From positions 6,617,251 through 6,681,250 of the forward strand of contig OZ316892.1 in NCBI GenBank assembly GCA_973895155.1: a DNA stretch of 64,000 nt. The letters are read 5' to 3'. The stretch's first letter is position 1, and each line of letters starts with the position of its first letter. Below are positions 1-12,530 of the stretch, in pieces. The position numbers were made by a program, and so were the translations under genes. This DNA is from Marsupella aquatica. Its lineage: Eukaryota > Plantae > Marchantiophyta. Below the pieces are notes generated by a model. It did not search any database and was not told the origin of the DNA. It saw nothing but the letters and a program-made list of their open reading frames with translations.

Positions 1-28
1 TTACTCAACATTAATTTCACATTGGGTC

Positions 29-31
<3 letters not shown>

Positions 32-70
<39 letters not shown>
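32..70. repeat. (GA)n microsatellite
   Basis: Uninterrupted GA dinucleotide run. Confidence 0.95.
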
Positions 71-72
<2 letters not shown>

Positions 73-474
73 CCTCCTCCATATACCCATGGTATAGGCC
101 TTCCCAAAAAGGGGTGAGTGTGGTATGCATATTTTTTTGGTGAAATTAGCCACACTCACCAAAAAGACCACCTTTGAGCTGGACCAGTCTCCCTGAAATC
201 TTTTTGCGTGATCCATTTGCGTCAATTTTGGTCACACGGTCGAACAAAATAAAACGTTTAAAAAAAATACTGGACCGGTCTCCTTGAATCTTTTTGCCTC
301 CGATCGCTGTCAGCGACAAATTCCCACAAAAAAAGTGGCAGACACAAAAATGTGTCTTTGCACACTCCTGACCCATGACCAAAACTGGTAGTTTTGGGTG
401 TCATTGTTTTCCTCAAAGTCAAGGTTTGAGATGCCCTACTAGACATGGAATCCAATTTGCTTACTTAGCTTGGG

Positions 475-660
475 TAGCTGCAAAAGTACCCTACAGTAGT
501 AGCAACCTGGGTGTCACTTCCAAAAATCTACTGAGTGTACATATATAGTAATGTCCTGTTTAGACGGCATTGTGGGATGCCCCCCCCCCCCCCCCCCAAC
601 ACACACCCACCCAAAATGAGAGTTTTAGTTTTGAGAGGCTATAATCTGATTACCCCTTCC
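475..660 (+). repeat. Dispersed short repeat family, copy 1
   Basis: AGCTGCAAAA...TAGCAACCTGGG...TCACTTCCAAAA...TGTCCTGTTTAGA.GGCAT.GTGGGATG...CCAAAATGAGA.TTT.AGTTTTGAG recurs at ~1480-1720. Related pieces at ~1340-1435, ~15700-15830, ~16185-16350 and, inverted, ~35655-35750. Confidence 0.7.
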
Positions 661-1171
661 TTGCACCTAAAACAGAGATAAGACAAAAAAACAACCTTGC
701 TTGCAAAAGAATAAACAGTCTACGGTGGATAAGTGCAGTCTGTATAAGTGCATTCTGTGGGTAACTGCAGGGTGATCATGCAGTCCTCTAATATTACAAT
801 GTTTTTTTTGTAAACGCAGCACGTTTGTAGGCAGGTTGACGTCACTAAACGACAAATACATAAGCATATCATTTTCCGTCTATAAGAGTGCACATGCATT
901 ACACAATTACTGCAACACATATGCTAGAAGCATTTATTGATAAGTGCATTGGACTACTACACATGGTAGTCTCATGCACTTATTCAGTTGAATGGTGTAG
1001 TGTGAGGATTGAGGGTGTGAGGAGTCCAATGCATATGGCCTGAAAGGACGCTTGCAGCAGGGCATAAGTGATTTCACATGCACCTATGGAGAAGTGCATA
1101 AATGACACCCAAGCACTTATCGCATAGTGCATACGGGAGTGCATAGCATGTATAAGTGCAGGCTTGGGGTG
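652..1171. mobile_element. Putative non-autonomous DNA transposon with ATAAGTGCA subterminal motifs
   Basis: Many ATAAGTGCA-like motifs. The right end ATAAGTGCAGGCTTGGGGTG is an imperfect inverted match to ACCCCTTCCTTGCACCTAA at 652. The same right end recurs at ~30011-30030. Confidence 0.5.
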
Positions 1172-1479
1172 TCTTCCCGGGAGGTAGACTGGAACTATGT
1201 TATTTCCCCTGAATCTTTGCCCCCATCTCACTTCACTTTCAGTTTGTCCTTATTGATTTAATTTGTCTTTATCTAAAGTTACTCTGTAGGCTTCTCTCTA
1301 GAAGTCTAGACCCCAACTCTAGTTTATAGTCATATAGATTTTTGCTCATAATGCTCGATCCTCAAACAGGACATTACTATAAAGAGACTTTTATTTTTTC
1401 CAATTTTAGTGAAACTAGAGGAGAATCTTTCTAACAAGGTGATTGAATCGTGTCTGGGCATAGTTGTAGCTCCCATAAT

Positions 1480-1720
1480 AAGCTGCAAAACTACTCTCCG
1501 TGCTAGCAACCTGGGGGGTCACTTCCAAAATGTTACATATATAGCAATGTCCTGTTTAGAGGGCATAGTGGGATGATGTAGTGCCTCCCCCCAAAATGAG
1601 AATTTCAGTTTTGAGGGGCTATTATTGCCCATAATGCTCCTGAAAAAGTACCGTACCATAAGAGACTTTTATTTTTTCCATTTTTAGCAATACTAGAGGA
1701 GAATCTTCCTAACATAAAGA
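1480..1720 (+). repeat. Dispersed short repeat family, copy 2
   Basis: Diverged direct repeat of 475-660, extended by CTATTATTGCCCATAATGCTC...GAGACTTTTATTTTTTCCA...CTAGAGGAGAATCTT. Confidence 0.7.
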
Positions 1721-2617
1721 CTTTTGTTATTTTTCTCTTTGTATTGTTCAGTGCCATACAGCCTCCCTTCTTTTGAGGAGGGCATTATGTGAAGTATACC
1801 AAAAATAGGAAAGGTAAACCCAAATACAGTGTTACCAAATAAAATAACATAATAACTTGTATCAAAATCACAAGATTTGTTTTTAACTTCTTTCATGCCT
1901 TTGGCCAATTGCAGGCCCTTTTGCTTGGATTTTCTATTCAGAGATTCATTTTTTCTTGTTTGTTACCAAAAAATCACTCAAGTTTTACGCACATTAATGT
2001 CCTAGTTACTGGCATTTTATTATAATGGCCGGGGAGCTACAAGATGCCAAGTACTAATTTTAACGATATCAAAAGTTTCAGGGTGACTAATGGGCTGCGC
2101 ATGGAAAAAGCACATAGTGGCAGCAATAGGTCCATGTCATGATTCGACAAACAAGATTTCCATAATCCTCCATTGATGAAAGAGATTCCGTGCCAATATC
2201 ACGTTTCATAAACAGACCATCACAAGAATGATTAGCTCAAAAAAATTATTAAATCACATAAGAGTCTCAAGTGTAATTGTGGTGGACTTTTGCTAAGATT
2301 CTTGGGCTTTTGGGCTCTTTGATCGTCCTGGTGTTTTCCTTTGTTTCTCCCCTCTTTACTAAAGTGTCTCAAACCTGAAGGGCCACAAAAAACACCTTGC
2401 CCAAAATGTACAAATTTTGGACAGTTGGTCACAAGTGGTAAACTACACATTTGTGAGTCCACCACTTTGCTTTTGGGAAACCTGTGTTATCATGACCGGA
2501 GCCAAAATTAAAAGGTTTGAGAGGCACTATTTGTCTCCTACCTCTGGGTACATGTCTCCCCGTCGGATGTTTTTTTATTTTCTTGCAGTGTGATATACAT
2601 ATAGAGAGAAACTCAAT

Positions 2618-3068
2618 TGTTAGTAGACTGAAATGAAAATGGACCGGACTACAGTGCTGTAAGAGCCCAGTCCAGGCTCGTGAGGCGGGGGGACAGTGTG
2701 TAACCAGGTCAGCAACAGAGTTTTAGAGAGCATCAAACGTTCCTAACTTACTATGTAATTATTTTACGGTAGGGGACTAATGACAAGGACGTAGGCCTTT
2801 AGCAACTCGTCCTGCCCTGGACCACGTCGAGCGTAAAGTACGGGACTATTGGCGTCTCTCCGGCCCAACAATCTACCGGCTGTGGTGCTGCACTCGATTA
2901 TTGGGATAGATCTTGACAGTACATCTCTCAATGGTCGTGGCGGCACAGTCCACTCGAACCTTCCTGCTGGGTTTCAAAGGGACAAAATAAGGGATGATAG
3001 CTTGCAGTCCAAGGTACAGCAGTGTACTGTTTTGATTCACGGAGAGTAGATATTATGTGCTATTAACA
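2618..3068 (-). mobile_element. LTR (3' LTR of a minus-strand LTR retrotransposon remnant)
   Basis: Bounded by TGTTAGTA...TATTAACA (7/8 inverted match) and immediately followed by ACTCACCCCTC, a polypurine tract (GAGGGGTGAGT) on the minus strand. No partner LTR seen. Confidence 0.6.
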
Positions 3069-3809
3069 ACTCACCCCTCGAGTGCAAAGCATGGAATTCA
3101 TACCCTTTTCAGTTTCCTGGGAGGGGAAATTTTCACTGTTGTTGGACAAACTCGGGATATAGAGATACTTGAGATTTAGACTGGAATTGACGTGCGCAAA
3201 AGAGCAAATTTGCCGCAGACTCTCGCACTTCTTCCTATGGACAATCTGTGCGTGAGAGGACTCCCCTTGTTTCTGAAATTATCTATCATCGAATAATTAT
3301 GTTCTGGTCACCCGTTCTGTTCTCCTCTTGCACTCCCTCGATTTGTATGTCTTATAATAACGAAGTTTCAGTTAAAAATTAAAGCTCTTTGGTGTTTCTT
3401 GAATCTTGCCTAACCCGAGTGACCCGCCCTTGGAAGGTCCATCCATGCAGATTGGTACGTGGCTCATAGCTGCAGCAGCAAAATCTATGGAGATAAGGAT
3501 GCAGCTAGTCTAGTTGCAGAACTACTGTAGCAAAGGTAGAGGAAGGTGCAACAACAGTATGTTGAGTGTAGAAGTGGGATTCAAGTTGCTCTGCTCTCAG
3601 TTTTGGAACATCACATGAAGGATGGCAAACTTTGCATAGCATCCAGACCGTCCGCTACTTCACTGGCTAGCAGGAAACGCTCTCACTGTCGTCCACAGAG
3701 ATGCAGGAACTAACCTCGATTAAGATATCGTCAGGAAGAGACTACTGTAGCTAGCGCAGAAGAACGGATTTGCCAAGGCTGGGACACTTAGTTTGGTGGG
3801 ACAGTATGC

Positions 3810-4070
3810 GTCGACAAGCAACTGCACCCCATTCACAGACCCACTCAACTCCTTGCATGCTAAAAATACTGCCGACCCAGCCAAATCCTTCGGCTCCCCC
3901 ATCCTCCCTAGTGGGATCCTGTTCTCCATATATCTCCTGTTCTCCTCATTCGATAGATGCTCCTCATTTAACCTCGTCCGAATCGTGCCGGGCAACAAAG
4001 CATTGCATCTGATCTTGTACTTGCCCAGCGCCATGGCCATACTCTGCATCAGGGACAGTACGCCGGCTCT
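3810..4070 (-). pseudogene. LRA1: C-terminal fragment of an SDR-family L-rhamnose 1-dehydrogenase (fungal LRA1-like)
   Basis: Translates RAGVLSLMQSMAMALGKYKIRCNALLPGTIRTRLNEEHLSNEENRRYMENRIPLGRMGEPKDLAGSAVFLACKELSGSVNGVQLLVD, closely matching the ascomycete LRA1 C-terminus as I recall it. Lacks the Rossmann N-terminus, the YxxxK motif and the terminal GGLFVNLQ. Confidence 0.75.
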
Positions 4071-4349
4071 CCATTGATTTCATTCACAGACCCTAGACTC
4101 TCCATTGGTCTGCTATTGAGTAGTAGGTTTTCCATCTGCCACTCCTTTAGTTCAGGAGAATCATGAATGTCCACGATCAAAAAGCCTGCCTGGCAGCTAG
4201 CTTCGTGGGTTAAGTTCTGAAGCTTTCCTTGGCTATGATGTTGTGCTCAGACCGAACAAGATAGCTGACAACGTATGTGACGAGGTGACACGCCCAGCAG
4301 ATTGTTTTTGTCTGTCGGGTCAACTAATCAATCTCCCGAAAACGATTTT

Positions 4350-6870
4350 TTTGTTTGTCTTTCCTAAAGATTGTAGATGAGTTGATCGATCCCTGTCCTT
4401 TTGTAACGACATTATATCCAGATCGAGCAGTGGGCAGTTGAATGTTAAACTTTGGACGATTGCATGATGTCGAGATTGAGGAGCTCTGGGGGATATCCTT
4501 AGATGACATCGTGAAGAACAAAAGTAGACTAGAAGGGTGCGGATAACCCTCGATCTTGCTTGATACACCCCCGAGTGAGGACTTCTTCGTACAAAAGTTG
4601 CCTATTAATTACAAGTGGTGTAGCAACCAGAGTCTCTGTTGAGAGCAAACTGAGAACAATCCCGAGGCTCACCTACTGTAGGAACCTTCGAAAATCCATT
4701 TCAAGTGGGTACGTACAATGAGAATTTCTTCCAGAGAGCTTGCGATATGGATGCAAGAGCTTTGCGGCTTGATGGACTTAAGATTTGGATGCAGAAGCTT
4801 TTTGACTGGCAGGGCTGAGCCGATTCTATTGCTGATCAAACATCTGCACCGAGTTTTGGCAGGCAAGGCTGGTGCTAGATCCAGTCTTTGAGTGAGGATT
4901 AATTTGACAGTAAGTTTATTAATCACTGGGATTTTATGGTCCGTACTTTTGTTAATTAGAAGCAATTGATGAGCAAAAAGCTACATTTACCTCCACGTCC
5001 ACCATGATCCCCCCGCCCCTGCTCAGGTTTTGAAGCTGCACTGCAGACTGACTGATTGAGTCATTTCTCTCTCACGGACCCATTGAATGGAACCCCGCCG
5101 GAACCTGATCACTGGCCGGTCTTTAGGAGTGTGCTGCTCCGACTGCAGTTTCTAAATTACTTGTTTAGTTGCCTCTTTCTGAGGCCCAGCTTCCTTCCTG
5201 GTGCCGGTCCTCCCGGTTTTGTTGCAAGTCGACCTTTGGTCCCTTGGGGTGATATCTTTTTGTGGCCCCCCTTTTTGTATGCTGGCTTTTTGAATGGAAT
5301 TCATTTGGCTTTTTCAAGGCAAAAAAAAAGCTACATTTACCATGGATGATGTGCACGCATCGTTCAGATAGGCATGGGTTTTATTGACTGACCAAGTAGA
5401 AATACTCGGTCACTTTGAAGAATCCAGCGTTGAGTGACGTTCACTCAACAGCTACAGATATGTACCGTTCCAGATGTATACGGCCAGCGACCATCCACTT
5501 GGCAATTTGATACTGAAGCTTTGAATTGAAGAACTTGCACGAGCTTCTAAAGTGCTACAAGTAGAATTGGAGTTTTCGTATAATATTTCTTTAATCTGCC
5601 CCCGTAACGAAGTGGTACTCAGGCACTCCTGCTCTTGCGGTTGAGCCAGCTTAGTGGATCCGCAAGGCGTTGTAAGAAAACTTGCGCTCTACTCCCAATT
5701 CAGATTGGACGCTGGGTTCGGTTTTGGTTTCTTAAAAAAGGGTCTGAGGTCTCTACCCAAAGGAGGATCTTGGAATTATTTTGCATTGTGATTACAGGTC
5801 TTGTAATATAATGAGTCATCTCATGCTGCTTTCCTGTCGCTAGAGAAATTAGAAAATGCTGTGTAGCATTAAGTGGAACGCTAATGAAGTCTATAGAAAG
5901 GACAGCGTTTGGCAATGATTCAAGTTTAGAAGACTATATTGAAGAAGACAACTCACCAGAAAACGTTACTTTATGGATTGGGATTTTCCTGTTTGTGTTT
6001 GCAAGGACACGATGCAAAGTCAATTGAAGCGACGGTGCATTACTGCAAGTTAGGTCACAAGTTGAAGCAAAGACTATATATCTCTCGTCCGTGATTTGTA
6101 GATGGAGAAGATGCTCTTTGTGATTTGATGATGAGCTTTCTCGACTTGAAACACAGTCGTTAAGCCGGTTGTGGTGGCAGCGGCAAAGCTAGAAATACAG
6201 GTGGTGACTAAATCATAACGAGATCATCCGCATCTAACAGAAACAGAAGGAAGCAGCAACAGAGCCATGGAAGTTTTTTGGTTAGCTTATGGCAGATAGA
6301 AGATTACCCTCTCCGAGTGGCAAGGATAATCTCCCGTCTGGCAAATTATTATCACATCATTTCCTTCTTGAACAAAATGAAACTTAACGGTAGACAGATA
6401 GGTAAATTGATAAAATTTTACAAGGCTGAGAAAACAGATCCCTATAGAAAATGACATCTCTTCTCGTAGATCTAAACTGGTTCCCATTCCTAGTTTCCTA
6501 GGATATTTCCAGAGGGACAATTGTTGAAATCCAAGTTGACATGGCTGCACAGAACAAAGGCACTTTGCAGAAGAACTTTGATGGGCATGAAGGCACAATC
6601 TTTCCTGTACTCTGCTTTCCAACGAGTTTGACATATCGAATTTGCACCTCCCATTCACAATAATTAGACAGAGCGATTCAAGAGCAGATGTGACAATGAA
6701 TTCGACAACCTACTGTGCATCAGATTCGAAATTTTCACTTTGATGGGGTGGAAGAAGGATGACGTTTCTTCTGTGGTCTGTCAGGACAAATCGAAAGCAA
6801 CAGTAATGAAACTGGCATTTGAGCATTGGGAACCCAAACCTCCAGCACCAAAGTGTCTTATTAACAAGTA
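4350..6870 (+). pseudogene. Decayed multi-exon reading frame of unknown family
   Basis: Long protein-like frames with scattered stops, e.g. IVDELIDPCPF...EELWGISLDDIVKNK, AWVLLTDQVEILGHFEE...ELEFSYNISLICP and DNEFDNLLCIRFEIFTLMGWKK. GTAAGT donor-like sites at ~4910 and ~6868. Confidence 0.35.
4992..5324 (+). mobile_element. Retroposed insert (5'-truncated LINE 3' end or SINE) with 17-bp TSD
   Basis: Flanked by the direct repeat AAAAAGCTACATTTACC (4975-4991 and 5325-5341). Ends in an A-run and has a pyrimidine-rich body like other LINE 3' UTRs in the window. Confidence 0.7.
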
Positions 6871-8926
6871 AGTAAAGTTAGCTAGCCTGAAGGTACACTA
6901 GTCTCTTACTAAATTGCCCGCTTTATGATTCTTGATCATCTAGACATGCTTAGCGAAGTCCTCACCGTTGTATGAAAAACCGTACTAACATGAAGCCTTA
7001 AAGGATGAGTCCAAGGCCCTAATTCCCTTTTCATGATTTTTCCAAAAGTGCTTTAAAAAAGCATATAAAAATGAAACATATTTTGTGAACTTTGCTATTA
7101 TAATTCTTTCAATGAAAGTCTTGGGGTATTTTCAACATCATTTTCACAATTACCAAAACAACAAATCCATACTTAATTGCAAACATCAAATACACAGTCT
7201 TTGATCTGAGTTTGTGCAAACTCAAAATCTTAGGTAGAATGCCACTATCCATTGTAGGCGTGCTCTAAGTCCACTAAATCTCTAAATGCAATGCAACTCA
7301 ACTAATCTAAGGCTTCTCTAACCTCCTTGATCTCCACTTCTAGAAGATCCTCGCTTCAATCCGAGCTAGCTCAATAGTTGCATCTTCTGTTGCACCCTCT
7401 ACTCTAGTGCGCTTAACGTCCTCCTCACTCTCTTGATCCATACCAATATCTAAATGTACATTGAGTTTGATTTGGGCAGCCACCTGGCTTCATGAAATAT
7501 GAAGCCGGGTTCTCACCTGAAAGAAGCTACCTGATCCTCCTAGCTCCCTCCACTTAATTCCCCCAAGCTCGATAGTTCTCTCTGCTTCTGCTCCCAATCC
7601 ACCCACCTTGGACTCATTTTTGATCCAGACCAGGCCTGGTAAAAAATCCTCCCTGGATCAATCTTGATTCCCGTTCACCCCTCCCCTGGTCCCGGATTAG
7701 TGAAACCCTTCCCCAATCCTAAACCCTCCCCCCAATTTTTTACCGCTCTGATGGTTGATCGTTCCCTGACGGTCGATCGTCCACCCTCCTCCAATCCCTA
7801 AATGGTCCCCCTTCCAATCCCCTTCCAATCCTTATCAATCCCATTCCAATCTCCCTTGCTTCCTCTCCCATCCTCCACTCGCTCCCTTTTCAATCCTTAG
7901 GCCTGCTCGATTGAGATCTAGCTCTCAAGCTCAATTTTTCATGAATTATCCTTGATCCTTTGTGGCTATCTACCCTAATTGGAATCTGTCTCATTTAATC
8001 AGAGTCTACCCCGGGAGTCTACCACAGCTAATTCAAGCAGCACTCAATCACAGTAGAAACTCAATCAGTAATCAAATCTGAGAAATCAAAGTCCAACACT
8101 CAGTTGAAATCCAGCAATCAAATCTAAGCAATCAAAGCATCAACATCAAACCAGGAATTCAAAATTTCAGCTTCAAGATTTTGAAGGTTACAGCAGAGAC
8201 CAACAGTCCTTCCGAGACCATGAATTAGGCCTGACCTCAATCGGCAGCTGATGACAGCACCTTGATGCAACTTGAGCTTAAGTGAGGGCCAATAGCCCTC
8301 TCCAGACCGCAGCCTCCTTTGCCATAGCCAATTGGCTACCCTCACCCTTTGTAGGTCACTGAGCTTGCAACGCAGTCTTTGCCCTTTGTATTTTGCCACA
8401 ACCAGTTTTGGGCTTCATGAATTCATGAAGCTTTTGGTTTCTCAGTTTCCCAGGTGGTAGCCCCTTCATGAATTCATGAAAGGGAATAAGGTATCTTAGG
8501 GAGAGAATCTCCAAAATAGCCAAAAGAAAGACTTCAAAAGAGAAAGAAAGGGGATCATAAAGACAAACCACTCAAAAAATGCCAAAAATATGGTGAAATA
8601 AAAGCAAAAAGTGCTCCAAATGCCAATATTCCAAAAAGCATATGGAAATAGTAGGTCAACAAGACAAACTCTCCAATCATGAGTCATGGAAGTATCATGG
8701 TGAGCAAAAACATATGGGTTTTTAATGCCAATGTTTATCCTCATGAAACGTGGGAATGCAAACCTAAAAATGATTTATTTCTCCAAGTAAACTAGATTAC
8801 GTAGTCCAAACAATATTGTGAGATTAATAATTGAGCAATGTAGTAAAGGGAGGTACGAGGAAAGGAAAAGGCCCAATGAAAGAAGCCCTAAGATGCCCAA
8901 CAAGCCAAAAAGTCAAAGGAATAAGA

Positions 8927-9210
8927 TGATGGGTATAATCCTTATCCCGAGACACCATGCACATGTAAATACCATACAAAATAGTCGACACAACGAGTAC
9001 ATGGTTCACCTCACGACTGAGGCTACGTCCACGGGAAAGCAAGAGACCTTTACTTCTCTCTTGCTCCACTCCAACAATGAATTGAAGATCCACCAGGGGC
9101 TGGCATCAGCCCTGGTTATATACAACATGCATCATTGCTAACCTTAGCTAAGTAGCCTAACTATGGTTAGCCCTAGAGTCACAATGCAAGACTAAGAGCA
9201 ATACTCAACA
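8927..9210 (-). repeat. copia 3' LTR
   Basis: 284 bp; matches 14368-14671 with about 20 mostly transition substitutions plus small indels (counted by eye). Confidence 0.92.
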
Positions 9211-9439
9211 GACTCCTCCTTGACTCTAGTATTGGGGACTGGACTAATTGATACCACATGGTATCCTCAGCGTGAAATTTTAGACAATCACCTAAATAGG
9301 TCTTCCCCTAAAAAATACCATAGGTTAACTAAGGGTTAACTAGAATTAAGTCGTAGCCTAATAGGATCGAGGAATCCATATATACAATAAGTCACAAAAC
9401 TGCTAAGTAGCTCTACTTGTGCTTCAACTACAAAACTTA

Positions 9440-12400
9440 CAAAGTAGCATGGTGTCTTGAGAAACTCTCCAAAGGAATCACTTTGGTAAAAGCGTCAACC
9501 GGGTTGAGTTTACCGTCAATCTTGACTAGCTCAAATTGATTATCAGACACACCTTGCCTGATAAAATGGTATCTGACTTCGATGTGCATATATCACTCTG
9601 CTGTTCATCACTTGGTTCACGACAAGGTGAAGAGCACTCTGACTATCACAATGGTGCTTCACATTTCCCTATGGCAATCCCATCTCAATGATAAGTCTAT
9701 TCATCCAAATAGCTTCCTTCATTGCTTCCGTTGTTGCAACATACTCAGCTTCTGTAGTAGACTAAGCAATACACTTCTGCAAAGTAGACCTCTAACTTAT
9801 GCAACCACCGCCAAGTGTGAACACATACCCCGTTGTTGACCTCTTTCGATCTAGATCCTAAGCATAGTCAACATCTACATAGCCCATCAATGATCTCGCA
9901 TTATCAGCATGTGCATCAAATAAAAGATCATGATCCATGGTACCCTTCAAGTACCAAAAAATTCACTTCACTGCTTCCCAGTGTATCTTCCCTGGATTTG
10001 ACGTGTACCTGCTCACCTTGCCCATAGCCATGGCAAGATCAGGTCTAGTGCAAGTCATCAAATGAGACTCTCCATTGCCTTGTTATAAGGAATCTTCTCT
10101 GTCTCATCTGTAGGACAGAAAGTTGGTGACAACTTGAAGTGTGGAGCCAACGGGATACTTACTGGCTTGCTATCCCCCATGTTGAACCTTGCAATTACCT
10201 TCCTTGCATAACTGCTTTGCGTCAACCATAGCTTATCAGTCTCCAAGTCCCTAGTGATCTCCATACCCAAAATCCTCTTAGTTGGCCCTAAGTCCTTCAT
10301 CTTAAACTTTGCACTGAGTAGTGCCTTGAGCTTAACAATCTCAGATCTATCGTTGGCTGCAATAAGCATGTCATCCACATAAAGTACTAAAACAATGAAA
10401 CCAAAGACAACATTCTTCACTGGTTTAAGATACACACAACGTCAAACACGCTCCTGTGAAAACCCGGCCTATGGACGGATCCAATCGTCAAACTGCTTAT
10501 TCCACTGCCTTGGTGATTGCTTCAACCCGTACAAGGATCTCAGCAATCTACAAACCAAATCCTTTTGCCCTTTCTTCACAAAACCTAGTATTGTCTCATA
10601 AAGATCACCTCTTCCAAGGTGCCATAGAGGAAGTTGTGACAACATCAATCTGATCTAGCAACAGACAAAATAAAACAACAAGTAATCCACACTTTTCTCC
10701 TGTGTGAATCCCTTGGCTACCAACCTAGCCTTGTAGACCTTTGATCCACCTTCTGTGCACTGATCCTTCAGCTTGTAAATCCACTTGCTGTCCACCACTT
10801 GCTGGTCTTCAGGAAGCTTGACCAACTCCCAAGTCTTGTTGTCTTTCAGTGACTGCATCTCCGTTTGCATTGTTATAGTCTGGCACTTCTATTTCTGCTT
10901 TGAAGCACTTGCCTCACGATACGAAGAAGGCTCTCCTTCCAAGATCAAAGTCATATGATCATCGTCAGGCGCAATGTCAATATCATCTAGTTTAGATGAA
11001 TCTGCCCACTGTCCATACCTAGTAGGAGCTCTAGTACAACGACTAGAAGTTCTTCTAGTAGATGATTCAGGTTGATTTCTCCTACTCGATGATTCAAGTT
11101 GATCTCCTACTACTGTTGGCTGAATTTGAGGTACACCAACATCAATCTGCTCCTCTTGTTCCATCACAAGAACTAGCTCCATACCCATAGTATCTCTTTC
11201 TTGGGGGTCTCACTATATGGATGCCTTCCCATCACTTGCGATGTTTTTAGGCCGAGGACCCCTTAAAATGTAAGAAAAAAAATTATTTTTCAACCCCTGT
11301 AAAGTTAGAATATTCTTAGAATATACCAAAAATTTGGTTATAAGGACCCTAATGTTCTTATAAGTCTCAAATTTGTATTTAAAAGACCCTATTGTTCTTC
11401 TCAAAAAATTCTTAAGTCTTCCCTTCAAACCAATAAAATGACCATATACTTCATCGCACGTGATATGCCATTTTTGTGGAAGTAAAACCCCTGAGATTTC
11501 TTTCTCTCTTGTCATGAACATCATCATGACTTATCTCCCCCCAATTGGGTCAAGGATAGGAGATTTTCCCTTATTAGTATGGGAGTCTTGAGAACTCTCC
11601 CCTTCCTTTGATGCGGGCTTTGATGATCTGGATTCATTAAAGGAAACATCTCTATATTGACAATTAACTTAGAGGCTAGGTTACTGGATCCAATAATCTA
11701 TAACCTTTTACACCTTTCTGATATCCAAGGAAAATGCACTTCCTTGACTTGGACTCCCGCTTGGACTCCAACTTAGACCAAAGCTGGGAAGGTGTAAGCA
11801 CATAAGCATCACATCCAAAAACCCTCAGATGTGAATATCCGCGTGACGCTCGTACCTCATTTCAAATGGCGTCTAAATCCAATTGCACTAGGTGGAGAGA
11901 AATTTACCAAATAAGCTATAGTATTTCTAGCTTCTGCTCAGAATTCATGTGGTAAGCATGATTGGCTCAACATACTCTTCGAGCGCTCCAATAGTGTTTG
12001 GTTGAGCCTCTCAAAAACACCATTATGCTGAGGAGTATAACTTATTGTGAGATGACGTGTAATCCCTTACTCTTGGCTTACAATACGTTCCAAATTCAGA
12101 ACCGTATTCACCATCATTATCCGATCAAAGATATCTCAACTTTCTACCAGTTTGATTCTCAACTTAGGCTTTCCACTCCTTAAAAGTGGCAAAAATATTA
12201 GACTTGTTGTGTAGAAAGTATATCCACACATACCTTGAGTAATCGTCAATGAACGTGACATAGTAAACTCTTCCAGAATGTGAGGGATGAGGGGTTGGTC
12301 TCCACACATCAGTGTGTACATACTCAAGTACCTCCTTTCTAGTGTGAGTTTCAACTCCAAGGGTTTCCTATATTGCTTTCCAAACACACAATGCTCACAA

Positions 12401-12530
12401 AAATCTAACTTACAAGATTGCAAATTAAAAAATAATCTTTTTTTTCTGAAGCACATCCAATTTTTTTTCACTCATGTCACCCAATCTGAAGTGCCACAGC
12501 CAGGCCGTCTCCTCATGAGTTAAGGTTATA
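9440..12530 (-). pseudogene. copia pol remnant (pre-integrase, integrase, RT, RNase H)
   Basis: Motifs WLWHFRLGDMSEK, FCEHCVFGKQ, EPSSYREA, MQTEMQSLKDNKTWELV...YKARLVAKGFTQ, LVLYVDDMLIA...KMKDLG and HIEVRYHFIR, broken by frameshifts and stops. Confidence 0.9.
11231..11464. mobile_element. MITE-like insertion inside copia pol
   Basis: AT-rich 234 bp bounded by ATCACTTGCGATG / CATCGCACGTGAT (12/13 inverted match). Lies in the integrase-RT linker. Confidence 0.55.

Noticed and set aside
3790-3810. AYCPTK after LLVD looks like a displaced SDR catalytic YxxxK motif
   Set aside because: It overlaps the GGGACAGTAYGC junction repeat read in a different frame; better explained as junction microhomology or chance.
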